This document shows, piece by piece, positions 1 through 11,584 of a stretch of DNA of 64,000 nucleotides. How positions within the stretch are numbered: position 1 is the first letter of the stretch; every line of letters starts with the position of its first letter. Both the position numbers and the translations under genes were made by a program. The notes below the pieces were generated by a model, which saw nothing but the letters and a program-made list of their open reading frames with translations, did not search any database and had not been told where the DNA came from. Source of the DNA: Tieghemostelium lacteum (lineage: Eukaryota); assembly GCA_001606155.1 (NCBI GenBank), contig LODT01000028.1, forward strand, positions 406,735-470,734. Reading direction: 5' to 3'.

Positions 1-331
1 CATGTTCTAATTAATCTGATTTTATCTTTATCACTATGTAATAGTTTTACAATCTTTTGTATTACTAGATAATTATTATATGACATGATATTACTGCAAT
101 TTAAAAATAAATCAAAAAATGATAAAAATCCAATTTCATTTTCAATAAAAGTAAAAGAAATTCTATTTAATAGCCATTGGCTCTGGATTGAAATTCAAAT
201 GGACAATAAGATTATATACTTGAAAATTTAGTTTTTTAAAAACACTCGGTCGTTTTCACTGTTAATAAATTATTTAATTAAATTTTATTATATTTTTTTA
301 CAAAAAAACGAAAAACAGATACATTTAAAAA

Positions 332-1192
332 ATGATTAGAAGAAATGCAAGATTAAGACAAGAATATTTATATAGAAAGAGTTTAGAAGGAAAAGAAAAA
401 GATATATATGAAAAGAAGAGAAAAATTAAAAAAGCATTAGATGAAGGTAAACCAATTCCTACAGATTTGGTAGATTTTGAATTCCAAGTTAGAGATGAAA
501 TGAAATTAAATGGTGATGGTGAAGTTAAACCACCATCTATAGATGATGAATACGCAAGATGTGGTATTGTAGATCCAAAAGTTTTTATTACAACCAGTAG
601 AGAACCATCAAGTAGATTGACACAGTTTGCTAAAGAGCTCAGAATGATATTTCCAAATTCACAAAAGATGAATAGAGGTTTACACATTTTAAAAGAGTTG
701 GTGGATGCATGTCGTGCTAATGATGTCACAGATTTGATTATTGCACATGAACACAGAGGTGAACCTACAGGTATCATTATATCACATCTTCCATATGGTC
801 CAACAGCCTATTTTGAAATTAAGAATTGTGTGATGATTCATGATATTCAAGATTCAACCCCACCCTCACTTGCATTCCCACATTTGATTTTTGATAATTT
901 CACAACACCTCTAGGTGAGAGAACAATGAATGTACTCAAATATCTCTTTCCAGTGCCAAAAGATGACAGCAAACGTGTCATTACCTTTGCCAACAATGAA
1001 GATTTTATTTCATTCCGTCATCACATTTACGAAAAAGATACTTATAAAAATGTAATACTAAAAGAAGTTGGTCCCCGTTTTGAATTAAAACTATACAAAA
1101 TCCAATTGGGAACTGTAGATCAAGAGGAAGCTGATGTAGAATGGGTATACAAACCATACATGAATTCTACTAAAAATAGATTATTCCTTTAA
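332..1192 (+). CDS. imp4: U3 snoRNP protein Imp4 (Brix domain)
   Basis: 286-aa ORF starting MIRRNARLRQEYLYRKS. Colinear with IMP4 over its full length (from memory of the human sequence): PKVFITTSREPSS, HLPYGPTAYF, VGPRFELKLY. Single exon. Confidence 0.85.
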   Translation: MIRRNARLRQEYLYRKSLEGKEKDIYEKKRKIKKALDEGKPIPTDLVDFEFQVRDEMKLNGDGEVKPPSIDDEYARCGIVDPKVFITTSREPSSRLTQFAKELRMIFPNSQKMNRGLHILKELVDACRANDVTDLIIAHEHRGEPTGIIISHLPYGPTAYFEIKNCVMIHDIQDSTPPSLAFPHLIFDNFTTPLGERTMNVLKYLFPVPKDDSKRVITFANNEDFISFRHHIYEKDTYKNVILKEVGPRFELKLYKIQLGTVDQEEADVEWVYKPYMNSTKNRLFL

Positions 1193-1235
1193 GATAATAA
1201 AACCTAGTTTCCTATACAATGTTTCCTTTATTTTT

Positions 1236-2303
1236 TTATATCATAAAAGAATCACGATCGAATAAATAGACTAACCATTGAATTAAATATAAAATGATTG
1301 GGTTCCAAACTACTAGATATCTAACAGAATCCAATAAGGATCCCCAGATAAAAGTTTGTTTTTCCCATGGATTATCAGAGAGTTCACGTAGGTTTACTTT
1401 TTCGTTGCAGTGTGGACACATGTTCTTTTTACCTACCAATGACCAACCTCTAATACACCATTCGTGAAATACATGTTTGCATCCTGGTAATTCAACTGGT
1501 TTCTTACTAAACAATTTATTCATTACCCAATCCATTTTAGTTTCAATCGATTTATCTCTACTGCTATTGTTAGCTGCATTACTACTGTTATTGATACTTG
1601 ATAATAATAGATCTGATCCGACTGAATTTGATGTACTGGATGCAATAGGTTTTAAATTATTTGTACAAATAGCACAATAGCTATTCGATATTGCAGTGAA
1701 GGGAAGTCTTGATCCACCAAGTCCTAAAATGGTTGCAATTCTATCAGAACACAATTCTGCGAAATCTCTTCCTAACAAACCAAAATAGAGTCCATAAAAG
1801 ATTATTGTAGCATAACCATCTGTTGATCCAGGTAAGAATATCATACCCAAAAATCCAATAACTGAAATTATAAAACTGATAATATAGATAAAATAGAACC
1901 AAATGAATACGATCTTTGGTGTCTTTCTATCCAATGGATTCTGAGTAGATAATCTGTAGAGGTAGACAAGTGCTCCTGAAAATGCACTCCATATCAATAT
2001 CATTCTGACATGCTGATAATAGAGTGAGAAGACTATAGGGAATACCCAAAGACCTAAAAGTGAAAGTCTAAGGAAGGATCTTGGATATTTATTCCTCCAT
2101 ATTAGTAATAGAAACTGAGAGACTACCATTACTAATATTACACCTAATGTTATCATTCGGTGTAGTTCATTGTGTCCTGGGTGGTTTATTATTCCACTGT
2201 CATCGGCATTGTGTGAATGTCCGTGTGCTTGACCAATCTTATCTTGTGTTAAATCTTGTTGGTGTTGTTGTTCTATACCACTATCTTCATTTATATTCAC
2301 CAT
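1236..2303 (-). CDS. Multi-pass membrane RING-H2 finger protein (RNF121/RNF175-like)
   Basis: 355-aa ORF with true ATG at 2303. About six hydrophobic segments are followed by a C-terminal RING-H2 (CAICTNNL...CKHVFHEWCIRGW...CPHCNEKV). Confidence 0.7.
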   Translation of the reverse strand: MVNINEDSGIEQQHQQDLTQDKIGQAHGHSHNADDSGIINHPGHNELHRMITLGVILVMVVSQFLLLIWRNKYPRSFLRLSLLGLWVFPIVFSLYYQHVRMILIWSAFSGALVYLYRLSTQNPLDRKTPKIVFIWFYFIYIISFIISVIGFLGMIFLPGSTDGYATIIFYGLYFGLLGRDFAELCSDRIATILGLGGSRLPFTAISNSYCAICTNNLKPIASSTSNSVGSDLLLSSINNSSNAANNSSRDKSIETKMDWVMNKLFSKKPVELPGCKHVFHEWCIRGWSLVGKKNMCPHCNEKVNLRELSDNPWEKQTFIWGSLLDSVRYLVVWNPIILYLIQWLVYLFDRDSFMI

Positions 2304-2614
2304 CCTCTGACCCCCCTTACACTATGTATAACCCTAAGATTAAATGATAAAAAAAAGTGAATAAAAAATTAAAATTAATTTAATTTTCAAAAGTGGTGGG
2401 GTAAAATGAGTGGGTTTTATGTCCCTAAGATTTTATACTGACTTGTATACACATCGATTTAAACTAAATTTTCACTGATATTATACCTTTTTGATTTTTT
2501 CATTATTATTTTCTTTTGATTACAATGCAAATACAAAACTCTACAACTATATTTTGACCAATTGGAAATCTATTGAAAAAAGACATAAAGAGTATAATAT
2601 ATTACAATTTTTAA

Positions 2615-4931
2615 ATGGAATTAAAAAGTTATTTATTTTGTTTTTTAATTAACTGCCCATTAGTAGTAACAATGAAATCCATACTAATTACAATAATTTG
2701 TATATTTCTATATTGTAGTATATTAAGTGTTGATGGTCAAGAAGAAATAGTTTTACAATCAATAATCAGAGATTTGACTCCATCGACCAATCCAGATTTT
2801 GAAATTGCTGGTTTAAATAAAATAATTAAAGGTCTTGTTAAAAGAAGACTTGGTGCTGATAGGAAACCAGTATATTCCTATAATTCACTGCCTGCTGAAT
2901 ATTCTGGAAATGTAATTATTCACAATCAAACTACTTTTTATTCATGGTTTCATAATGAACCTGGTGTATCAATTCCCATATCCATGCCAATAATTTTAAC
3001 CAACAATCAAACTTCAGAAGACCCTAGAATCTTTACTTACAAAAATCCAGCCTTTTTCCCAATTGATAACAAAGGTTGGGAGAAACCAAGTCTTGTTCAA
3101 AATTCCAATCACAAACTATACTATGATAAATATGAAAATGTTCATAACTTTCATTTTTGTTTGGAATTACATTCAACTTTTACCTACCAAGGTGGTGAGT
3201 TCTTTGAGTTTATAGGTGATGACGATGTGGTATGTATATTTAGGAATTTTAGGGATGTTGATAGAAATTCATAGACTAATTACATTGTTATTCGAATAGT
3301 GGGTTTTTATAAATAATCTATTGGTATTGGATTTAGGAGCACCACATGATACTATTGGAACTAATGGACATGGTTCAGTAGATTTGGATAGTTTAGATGG
3401 ACTGAAAATTGGTAAAGATTATCCATTTGATTTCTTTTATTGTGAAAGAAAATCAACTGAATCTTATATTGAAATTTCAACTAGTTTGAAATTAAAATGT
3501 AAATATCAGGATTACTGTGGTGTGTGTGAAGGTGATGGTTCTAGTTGTTGTAATGCTGAGGATAATTGTGATGACTATAATCCATGCACAATTGATAAGT
3601 GCCCACCTCCACTAACTAAACGATCTAAAGGTCAGTCAATTGATGAGATTTGCATACATGAACCTATACAATGCAACAGTACTGCTTGTGGTGAATATGC
3701 ATGTAATCGTAAATCAGGTCAATGTGAATTGGTCAGTGAAAAACTATGTACCTATAAAGACTCTTGTCAAATTGGTAAATGCCAAGAGAAGTTTGGTGGA
3801 TGCACTTATGACTCTATAAAATGTTTGGATAACCCATTATGTTCTGTTGGGCAATGTATGAATGGAACATGCCATTATACACCAATTACATGTGAAGACA
3901 ATAACAAGTGTACCATTGACGAATGTAACGATAAAATTGGATGTACCCATAGACTTTTGGATTGCAATGACCATGACCATTGCACAACAGACAGTTGTCA
4001 TAAAGATAAAGGATGTGTGCATACACCAATCTCACATTGTATTCCATGTTCAAATTCCACAAAATGTGAAACTAAAAATCCTTGTGTAAATATAGAATGT
4101 GATCCTGAAGCCATTGGGAAGTGTGTTAGTAAACCAGTGGTTTGTGATGACTTGAACAAATGTACAAATAATCAATGTGAAGTTGATCCAAAGACCAATC
4201 AACCATTTTGTAAGTTTACACCTATAGAGTGTCCCCAAACCAGTCTATGTGAGATTACATATTGTAATAGCACTCTTGGAAAATGTCAATCTATACCCAT
4301 GTCATGTGATGACTCTAATCCATGCACCATTGACTTTTGTGTTGATGGTCAATGCGAACATGTTTTGGATGCTTGTGATGACGGAGACAAATGCACAGTA
4401 GACCAATGTATAGTCGACAAAGGAGGATGTGTAAACTCTCCATTAGATTGTAGAGCTTCTTTTAACAGTAGCGATATATGTACAGAATTCACATGTGATT
4501 CACAATTGGGGTGTATACCAACACCTAAAATCTGTCCACAATCTGAGAGATTTTGTGAGATTTCACAATGTGATATAGTGGCTGGTGGTTGTATTTACTA
4601 CAACAAAACATGTATTACTGATAATCCTGATTGTGAATATGGACAATGTATTGAAGAATCAAGGTCATGTGAAACTAAGAGTTATAAACCTCTACCTTTT
4701 AAATGTTCTGGTGCTGCTAAAGCTGGTGTGGCAATTGCTGGTGCTGCTGTTGCTGGTATTGTCCTTGGTGGTGTTGCTGTATTATTATTGGCTGCATTTG
4801 GTGCCAAAAAAGGATTTGAACATTGGAGAGATTCCTCTAACCAACGAATGACACAAGTTCATGCTAATCCTCTATATGTCGAAAATCCTAATGTACAACA
4901 TAATCCTTTATATGTATCATCAACCATCTAA
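2615..4931 (+). CDS. PA14-domain, cysteine-repeat type I membrane protein (Psi/PsiA-family-like); exons 2615..3229 and 3300..4931
   Basis: Signal peptide (alternative ATG at 2672). A 70-nt intron 3230..3299 (GTATGT...AATAG) restores the PA14 core GDDDV|WVFINNLLVLDLGAPHD. There are about 20 CxxDxC-type Cys repeats, a TM segment AGVAIAGAAVAGIVLGGVAVLLLAAF and a tail with two NPLYV (NPxY) motifs. Confidence 0.75.
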
Positions 4932-5124
4932 TACCTAAAAACCTAATTTATTAAGAACGTATATTTCCAAAAATAAAATCTTAACATTCACTTATTCTGG
5001 TGTTTGCAAGAAATAATTATAAACAATCTAAAAAAAATTTAAATTTTTTTATTTTGATATAAACACAGTCTTACCCACACACAAATAAAACCATAAAACC
5101 TTATTTAGGAAATTATATAATGAA

Positions 5125-5321
5125 ATGATAACCTGTAGGGATTTATCTGATAAATATTTTCAATTTAGAGAAGTTGCAAAACAAGAAAAAAAGAAAAGAG
5201 ATCAGCAAGAATTCCTTACATTTGTTCAAAACAGACCTATCACAAAGTCACCAAATAATGAAAATAATTCAAGTTTCTCCAAATTTCCAAATATATTTAT
5301 CAATAAAACACCTGTATCAAC

Positions 5322-5352
<31 letters not shown>

Positions 5353-6372
5353 CCAGTAAATGGTAATCTTACAAATCTTCCACATTGTAGCAGTTGTGGT
5401 AAAGAATTTGGATTATTTACATCAAAGATAGCATGTGATTTGTGTTATATAAACTTTTGTGAAAAGTGTGTAAAAAAGATAACTAGTAAAGATATAACAG
5501 GTGTATTACGTGAAGGTCAAGTTAAACAGTATTGCTCAAAATGTGTATTTATAGTTACTAGAGAAGAGAGTAAAAGGAGATTTGAATTCTCATGTAAAGC
5601 CTCTCTTTCTGATCCTCTACTTGTACTATTTCAAAAAATCACTGATATAAAGGATCTGATACAATCGAGAATACCAAATTTTGAATATCTCGGATCGACA
5701 ATAACTGATTTCAATAAGGTAAATGCAAAGAACAAAGAGGCATTCATACTGGTCTATGGAGAGGTTGTTAAATTTCAAAATGAATTACAACAATTATTTA
5801 TGGAATTTGATAAACATTTTAAATTGATACAGGCAGTACCAGTGGTAAAAGGTTCGTCTCAAGAAAAAGTACATGGAAATATGAAACATGTATACGTAAC
5901 CTTTCTCCAACAACATCTACCAAAATTCAATAATCTAAAAGAACAAATACAGCATTTGGAATTGAATACAATAACGAATATATATATTATCCTATGTAGA
6001 GTTTCAATGGATAATCAATTACATCGTGAATTTTGGTCCAAGTATCAAGTGGAATTCCAAACTGCCATCAAAAGCATTCGAACAGAACTCTTTAATTCCA
6101 CATTAAAGTGCGGTGAAAACTGGGATAAACATAAGAGTTTTATAGATGAGATGATATGTGCTACTGAGAAATCACATTTAAATATCGATGGTCATCCATC
6201 AAAAGAATTTGAAGGTACACTATTGCGAAAGAACAAAGAGATTATTCAAAAGATTCAAGAACAAGTCCATATGCGTACTAAACCAGATGAACTACCACAA
6301 TCTAAACAGTCCTTACAACAACTAGCTGGTTATTTAAATAGTTCTTATCAGTCAAGTATGATTTTTAAATAA
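5125..6372 (+). CDS. Hypothetical protein with FYVE/PHD-like C4-C4 zinc finger
   Basis: 415-aa ORF. It has a poly-Pro/Thr linker, then CSSCGKEF...CDLCYINFCEKC...YCSKC. No FYVE basic signature is present; a 5' exon upstream is not excluded. Confidence 0.5.
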
Positions 6373-6399
6373 AATTCAAGAAATAATAATAATAAGCAT

Positions 6400-6777
6400 T
6401 TATTTTTTTTTATAGTGTGAGAAATATTCTTCTACCCATTTATTATGTTTATCATCTGTTCCACCTTCCAAATAAGATTTGAAAACTAGAATTCCAATAT
6501 TATCCTCTACATAATTTCCTTTAAAATCGTGGAATTTGAAATAACTCTTACAAATTTGGGCATATTCTATAAGATCATCATATCTTTTTTCCATTAAATC
6601 TTTACAAGACTGGTTACATGATGAAGTAATAGGGCTTATATCTAAGTCTGTCAACACCTCATACCGTCGTATTCGGTTACATTTAACATAATATTCATGG
6701 TTTGGACAGGGTTGCATATTATTTTGGATATCAATTAAAAGAATAAAAATAACCACATAAATAAAATAAATAAACAC
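6400..6777 (-). CDS. Small secreted Cys-containing hypothetical protein
   Basis: 125-aa ORF with a hydrophobic N-terminus (signal-like) and 7 Cys. The 5' end is uncertain. Confidence 0.35.
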   Translation of the reverse strand: MFIYFIYVVIFILLIDIQNNMQPCPNHEYYVKCNRIRRYEVLTDLDISPITSSCNQSCKDLMEKRYDDLIEYAQICKSYFKFHDFKGNYVEDNIGILVFKSYLEGGTDDKHNKWVEEYFSHYKKK

Positions 6778-7654
6778 ACAAATATTTTTTTACTGGAAAA
6801 CAATCAAGTATTAATATTGATTTACCAAAAGATAATAAAACTCCTAATTGTAAATTTATTTTAATAAATTGTCTTTGGTTTTATATACCAAATAGGCATA
6901 GATTTCATATTTATTAATCAAAGTATGTGAGAAATTTGTCAATATTGCCAACTTTTTTGCCACTAATAATGTTTCATCCTTCGATGTAACACCTCTTAAT
7001 CTATCTGTTTTACCATTCATCGCTGAAATGGTGTTATGTATTAAATTATCACTACAACAAACCCTTTTGAGCTTTAAAGAGGCTGTTTTATAAGACAAAG
7101 TTAGCCTTTTTAACTTTTCTTCTAATTTTTCAAAACCTATCCAAGATGTTATGTACTTCTTGTTATTATTTGAGTTATGGTGATTTATTTTTAATTTTAG
7201 GTGGACATATTCAATGAGAAAATAAAAATTTATTTAATTATTTAATTTTTAAGTAAATTATTTTGCACTAAATAGCTTTAAATCTTCCTTAGTGTTCGAT
7301 TTAGCTGTCAACCAGCATTAAATTGTAGATATGTTAATTAAAAAGGGTAAGAAAAAGGTTTTAAAATCTTATTCACTAGAGGTAGCGGGATTAAACCCCA
7401 AATATGCAGAAGATATCAAAATATATTTAACTAAAATTTCTAATAAATTGAACAACCTCAAATACAATCAATAAGTCTAACAGCTCTTCAGCAATAGTGA
7501 ATAACAACAATTTGATGAATTTTTTAAAAGACTTTAAGATTCATTTTATTTTTTTTTTAAGTTGCTAAGAAAAATATCTGAAATTTGATTACTTTTTAGA
7601 AGGAAGAAGGACAATCTTTCGAATTTTTTTTTTTTGATATTTCTTCATTTTAAA

Positions 7655-9181
7655 ATGAGAATAGTAAACAGTATTTTAGTTTTACTGTTTATATGTATTG
7701 TTGTCAACCAATGTATTGGTAAAACTATAGAAGTTCCAACTACTCAAAGACATTCTACAGTTGTGTCATCAGGACCATATGACAGTGGTTCAGGTGAAAA
7801 CTCTGCATCTGCATCAACAGCAACTGGAACTGGATATCAAACTACTAGATCTTCAACCACTGAATACACCACTCGAAGCAGTGGTCCATATGATAGTGGT
7901 TCAGGTCAAAACTCCGCCTCTTCATCAGGATCATCAGCATCTGCAACAGGATATCAAACTACCAGACCTTCAACCACTAAAAGATACACAACTCAAAGCA
8001 GTGGTCCATATGACAGTGGTTCAGGTCAAAACTCTGCCTCTTCATCAGGATCATCAGCATCTGCAACTGGATATCAAACTACCAGATACGCAACTACTAG
8101 AACCACCGAAAGCAGTGGTCCATATGACAGCGGTTCAGGTAAAAACTCTGCATCAGCCTCGTCAGCATCATCAGGATACGGTCCATATGACAGCGGTACA
8201 GGTAAAAGCTCTGCATCATCTTCAGCATCTTCTGGAACAGGATATCAAACTACCAGACCTTCAACTACTAAAAGATACACAACTCAAAGCAGCGGTCCAT
8301 ATGACAGTGGTTCAGGTAAAAACTCTGCATCTGCATCATCTTCAGCATCATCAGGATACGATAGCACAACTAGAAGATCAACTGATACATCAGGATTTGA
8401 TAGTGGAAGATCATCAACATTTAGACCACATAGTAGTAGTGGTCCATATGACAGCGGTTCAGGTCAAAGCTCTGCCTCTTCATCAGCCTCTTCAGATTCC
8501 GGAACAGGATATCAAACTACCAGACCTTCAACTACTAAAAGATACACAACTCAAAGCAGTGGTCCATATGACAGCGGCTCAGGTAAAAACTCTGCATCAT
8601 CATCAGCCTCTTCAGATTCTGGAACTGGATACCAAACAACAAGATATTCAACTACTAGAACCACAGAAAGCAGTGGTCCATATGACAGCGGTTCAGGTAA
8701 AAACTCTGCATCAGCATCATCTTCAGCATCATCAGGATACGATAGCACAACTAGAAGATCAACTGATACTTCTGGATTTGATAGTGGAAGATCATCAACA
8801 TTTAGACCACATAGCAGTAGTGGTCCTTACGATAGTGGTTCTGGTGGATCATCTGCATCAGGAACATCAGGATCATCATCAGGATATGACACAACTAAAA
8901 AATCCTCAGGACCATATAGTAGTGGATCATCAGGTGATATTCCAAATCTCCCAATTCCACCAGCTTCATCAACTCCACAACCAACACCAACTCCAACCCC
9001 ATCACCAAGTACTGTTGTAACACCACCAACTGAATCTGCTGATGTTTCCAACTCCAATTCCGAAGAACCTCCAACAACAACAGTTGGTATAATTTTTGGA
9101 TTCATTGTTTTCTCAACATCATTAATTTTCACTAGCATTTTCTTTAAAGCTATTTTTTGTAATACTTTAAATCAACATTGA
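7655..9181 (+). CDS. Ser/Gly/Thr-rich tandem-repeat cell-surface protein with GPI-anchor-like C-terminus
   Basis: ATG at 7655 with signal peptide MRIVNSILVLLFICIVV. There are about 10 copies of SSGPYDSGSG[QK]NSAS...GYQTTR units, organised into a higher-order unit of about 360 nt. A Pro/Thr stalk and a hydrophobic tail GIIFGFIVFSTSLIFTSIFF follow. Confidence 0.7.
   Translation: MRIVNSILVLLFICIVVNQCIGKTIEVPTTQRHSTVVSSGPYDSGSGENSASASTATGTGYQTTRSSTTEYTTRSSGPYDSGSGQNSASSSGSSASATGYQTTRPSTTKRYTTQSSGPYDSGSGQNSASSSGSSASATGYQTTRYATTRTTESSGPYDSGSGKNSASASSASSGYGPYDSGTGKSSASSSASSGTGYQTTRPSTTKRYTTQSSGPYDSGSGKNSASASSSASSGYDSTTRRSTDTSGFDSGRSSTFRPHSSSGPYDSGSGQSSASSSASSDSGTGYQTTRPSTTKRYTTQSSGPYDSGSGKNSASSSASSDSGTGYQTTRYSTTRTTESSGPYDSGSGKNSASASSSASSGYDSTTRRSTDTSGFDSGRSSTFRPHSSSGPYDSGSGGSSASGTSGSSSGYDTTKKSSGPYSSGSSGDIPNLPIPPASSTPQPTPTPTPSPSTVVTPPTESADVSNSNSEEPPTTTVGIIFGFIVFSTSLIFTSIFFKAIFCNTLNQH
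7800..8830 (+). repeat. Coding minisatellite (about 120-nt units nested in about 360-nt higher-order repeats)
   Basis: RSSTDTSGFDSGRSSTFRPHSSSGPYDSGSG recurs 120 aa apart. The shorter SSGPYDSGSG units recur about every 40 aa. Confidence 0.8.
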
Positions 9182-9479
9182 ACATTAATAAAATCGAATT
9201 TTTGTGTATAAATTCATTCTCAGTGAATACCCATAGGAATTGATTCGGTGTATTTACTTTATCGATTCAATTGAATGACATATTTTTCAAAAATTGAGAA
9301 AAATAAAATATCATAAGATTTGCAGGAATTGCAAATTAATTAATAGGGTATTAATTTATTTTAATTAAATATCTGGATATTATGAATAAAAATTTCAGTT
9401 CTCTGAGGTTTCAATTAAAATTTCTGAAAAGGAATTTTATAAAATCTTGAATAAATTAATAGTTCCTTATTATAGAAGA

Positions 9480-10463
9480 ATGATATCCAAGACTACAAGT
9501 ATTATCTGTTTAATTGTTCTAGCTATCCAATGCTCTAAATCAGAGATATGTTTTGTTTCTAAGGTCTCAAATAACTTTGCCAATGTAAATTCACAAGATA
9601 GTATTGGGAAATGTTTAACCTACCTGGAAAGAAATTGTCAGCTATGTATGGAATTTGGAATCTATATTAAGGAGTCTGAATTGGAAATTTCAGAGACTGA
9701 AAATGTAACCTTCAATAAAGCCAATATGATCACCATTGAACCATATGATTTTTCAACACTCTTAACTATTAAATTTTTAAAGAATGTTAAAGTATTCATC
9801 AACCTAACCAGAGACCAAGTATCAAGTTCACCAACCACTATTTTCTTTGAAAATATAATTTTTGATGGTGGAAATAAAGAATATGAATCATCAGCCGTAG
9901 TTTACAATTCTGAAAATTCATTTCATTATGATAAATTACTCTTTAAGAATTGCCAGTTAAATAATTTCAAATCTGATGTTTCAGTTGTTTCTAAAAATTC
10001 CATTGAATTTCTAAAGCCAGTTAAATTTGTTAAAAAATTGGAATTTATCAGAGACCCTCATTATCTAGTATCTTCTGGAATTGGGAAAACTTTTTCTACA
10101 ACAAAAACTGATGGAAATGTTGATAGATGTATAACCGATTGTATTGGTAGAGAGGATTCTGATGAAGTTTATCAAATTGCTGAAGTAGCTCATCTGAAAG
10201 TAGTGAAATATCACCAACTACAATAACAACATCGTCACCAATGCCTGTAGTACCAGTTTCCGTAATCCCAATGAATCCAGTAGCGTATCAACCAATACAA
10301 ACATTTTCTCCAATGCCAGTATTCAAGTATCTGATTCAAGTTCTTTTGAATCAACTCCAGAGAAAGTAAATGTAAAATCTTCAATTAGTTCTATTCTATT
10401 AGGAGCATTTGCTTTTTCATCATCAATCTTATTAGCCATATTTTTTAAATCACTATTTTGTTA
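9480..10463 (+). pseudogene. Surface protein paralogue (signal peptide, GPI-like tail), interrupted by a frameshift near 10205..10226
   Basis: ATG at 9480 (MISKTTSIICLIVLAIQCS). The frame ends at TAA 10224..10226. The +1 frame opens right after a TGA at about 10205 and runs to 10463, encoding an S/T-rich stalk plus SSISSILLGAFAFSSSILLAIFFKSLFC. That tail is homologous to the upstream gene's. It is either a sequencing error or a pseudogene. Confidence 0.5.
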
Positions 10464-10632
10464 ACAGTCAAAGAATGATAAAATTTAAAAATAAAAATCA
10501 ATAAATATTTATAAAGAATTGATTTTGAGCTTCCTTACTTTTAAAGTAAAGTTATAAATATTGACAATTGGTCAATTGAATGCATTTATTGGTTTAATAA
10601 TAATATATAATAGATACAATTGAGATAGATAG

Positions 10633-11457
10633 TTAAGAAACCATCTCATTATCAACAAAAGATTGATATCCACCAATTGGCATTGGATCTCTACAATGGT
10701 TGTTTCTAAAGAGTTTTTTAGGAGAAGGGAACGCAAATTTTGATGGTTGATTATTTTCACTATTACTCGCACATGACAATGAAGATGACGATGATAGACT
10801 GTGTTTGACAGGAACTGGTTTAATGATTGTAGACTTAGATTCACTATGAATGCTATTGGTAAAAGTAGGATTCTGATTTGGTGTACAAGTTGATTCAAAG
10901 TCACTAATTTGGCTATTGGTTGATGATGATCGAGAGTGGGAAGTAGATCTTGATGGAGAGGATCTTGGATATCGAGTGGATTTCTTATTATTTTTACTCT
11001 CTGGGTAAGTAGGAGTTGGTGGTAATTGAACTGATAGTTCATGTTGTGGGAAAATACTCTGGTCAATTTTTGGTCTTGGTGATGGTGTTCGTATTCTCCA
11101 TGATTTTCTTTTTGTCGATTTTCCAGAATTACTAAATGATGAAGCACTACTGGTACTACTAAAACTTGAATTTAAACTACTATTACTACCAATACTATTC
11201 ATAAAATTATTATTTAAATTGCTACTGTTTGAACTGGATTTTGGATTATAATATGACGAAGTAGTGGATCCTATATATTCACTGTACATTGAATTGGGAG
11301 AGCGATTCGAATATTGTGATGAACTACTTGTCGATGAAATTGATGAACAAATTGAACTATTGGATGATATTGAGGAACATGATGACATATTTGAATAATC
11401 AAATATCTGAATATTGTTTTTGTCTACTTGTTGATCGTTAACAAATTGTTGAGACAC
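10633..11457 (-). CDS. Ser-rich low-complexity protein (3' exon; frame continues upstream through poly-Asn)
   Basis: The ORF has no in-frame ATG at its 5' end. The same frame continues through the (AAT)n tract and a K-rich segment to about 11650, with no ATG. An upstream exon is needed (candidate GTATGT donor near 11700). Confidence 0.45.
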   Translation of the reverse strand: MSQQFVNDQQVDKNNIQIFDYSNMSSCSSISSNSSICSSISSTSSSSQYSNRSPNSMYSEYIGSTTSSYYNPKSSSNSSNLNNNFMNSIGSNSSLNSSFSSTSSASSFSNSGKSTKRKSWRIRTPSPRPKIDQSIFPQHELSVQLPPTPTYPESKNNKKSTRYPRSSPSRSTSHSRSSSTNSQISDFESTCTPNQNPTFTNSIHSESKSTIIKPVPVKHSLSSSSSLSCASNSENNQPSKFAFPSPKKLFRNNHCRDPMPIGGYQSFVDNEMVS

Positions 11458-11526
11458 CTGAATTTCCTTTTCTTTCTTTAATTGTTTTTTAATCTTCTTA
11501 TTTAATTTCTTATTTTTCTTATTTTT

Positions 11527-11527
11527 C

Positions 11528-11583
<56 letters not shown>
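11527..11583. repeat. (ATT)n/(AAT)n microsatellite, about 19 units, coding poly-Asn on the minus strand
   Basis: A perfect trinucleotide run is visible in the sequence. Confidence 0.9.

Positions 11584-11584
<1 letters not shown>

Noticed and set aside
325-777. 150-aa ORF on the minus strand
   Set aside because: Lies wholly antisense to the well-supported Imp4 CDS. Low-complexity hydrophobic translation. Typical shadow ORF.
6856-7098. 80-aa minus-strand ORF
   Set aside because: The frame extends upstream without an ATG and has no recognisable domain. Cannot be supported beyond chance in an AT-rich spacer. Left unannotated.
7761-9020. 419-aa H/Q/L-rich ORF in the +2 frame, and small minus-strand ORFs 8551..9138
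   Set aside because: Alternate-frame echoes of the tandem Ser/Gly repeat gene; the periodicity mirrors the repeat. Not independent genes.
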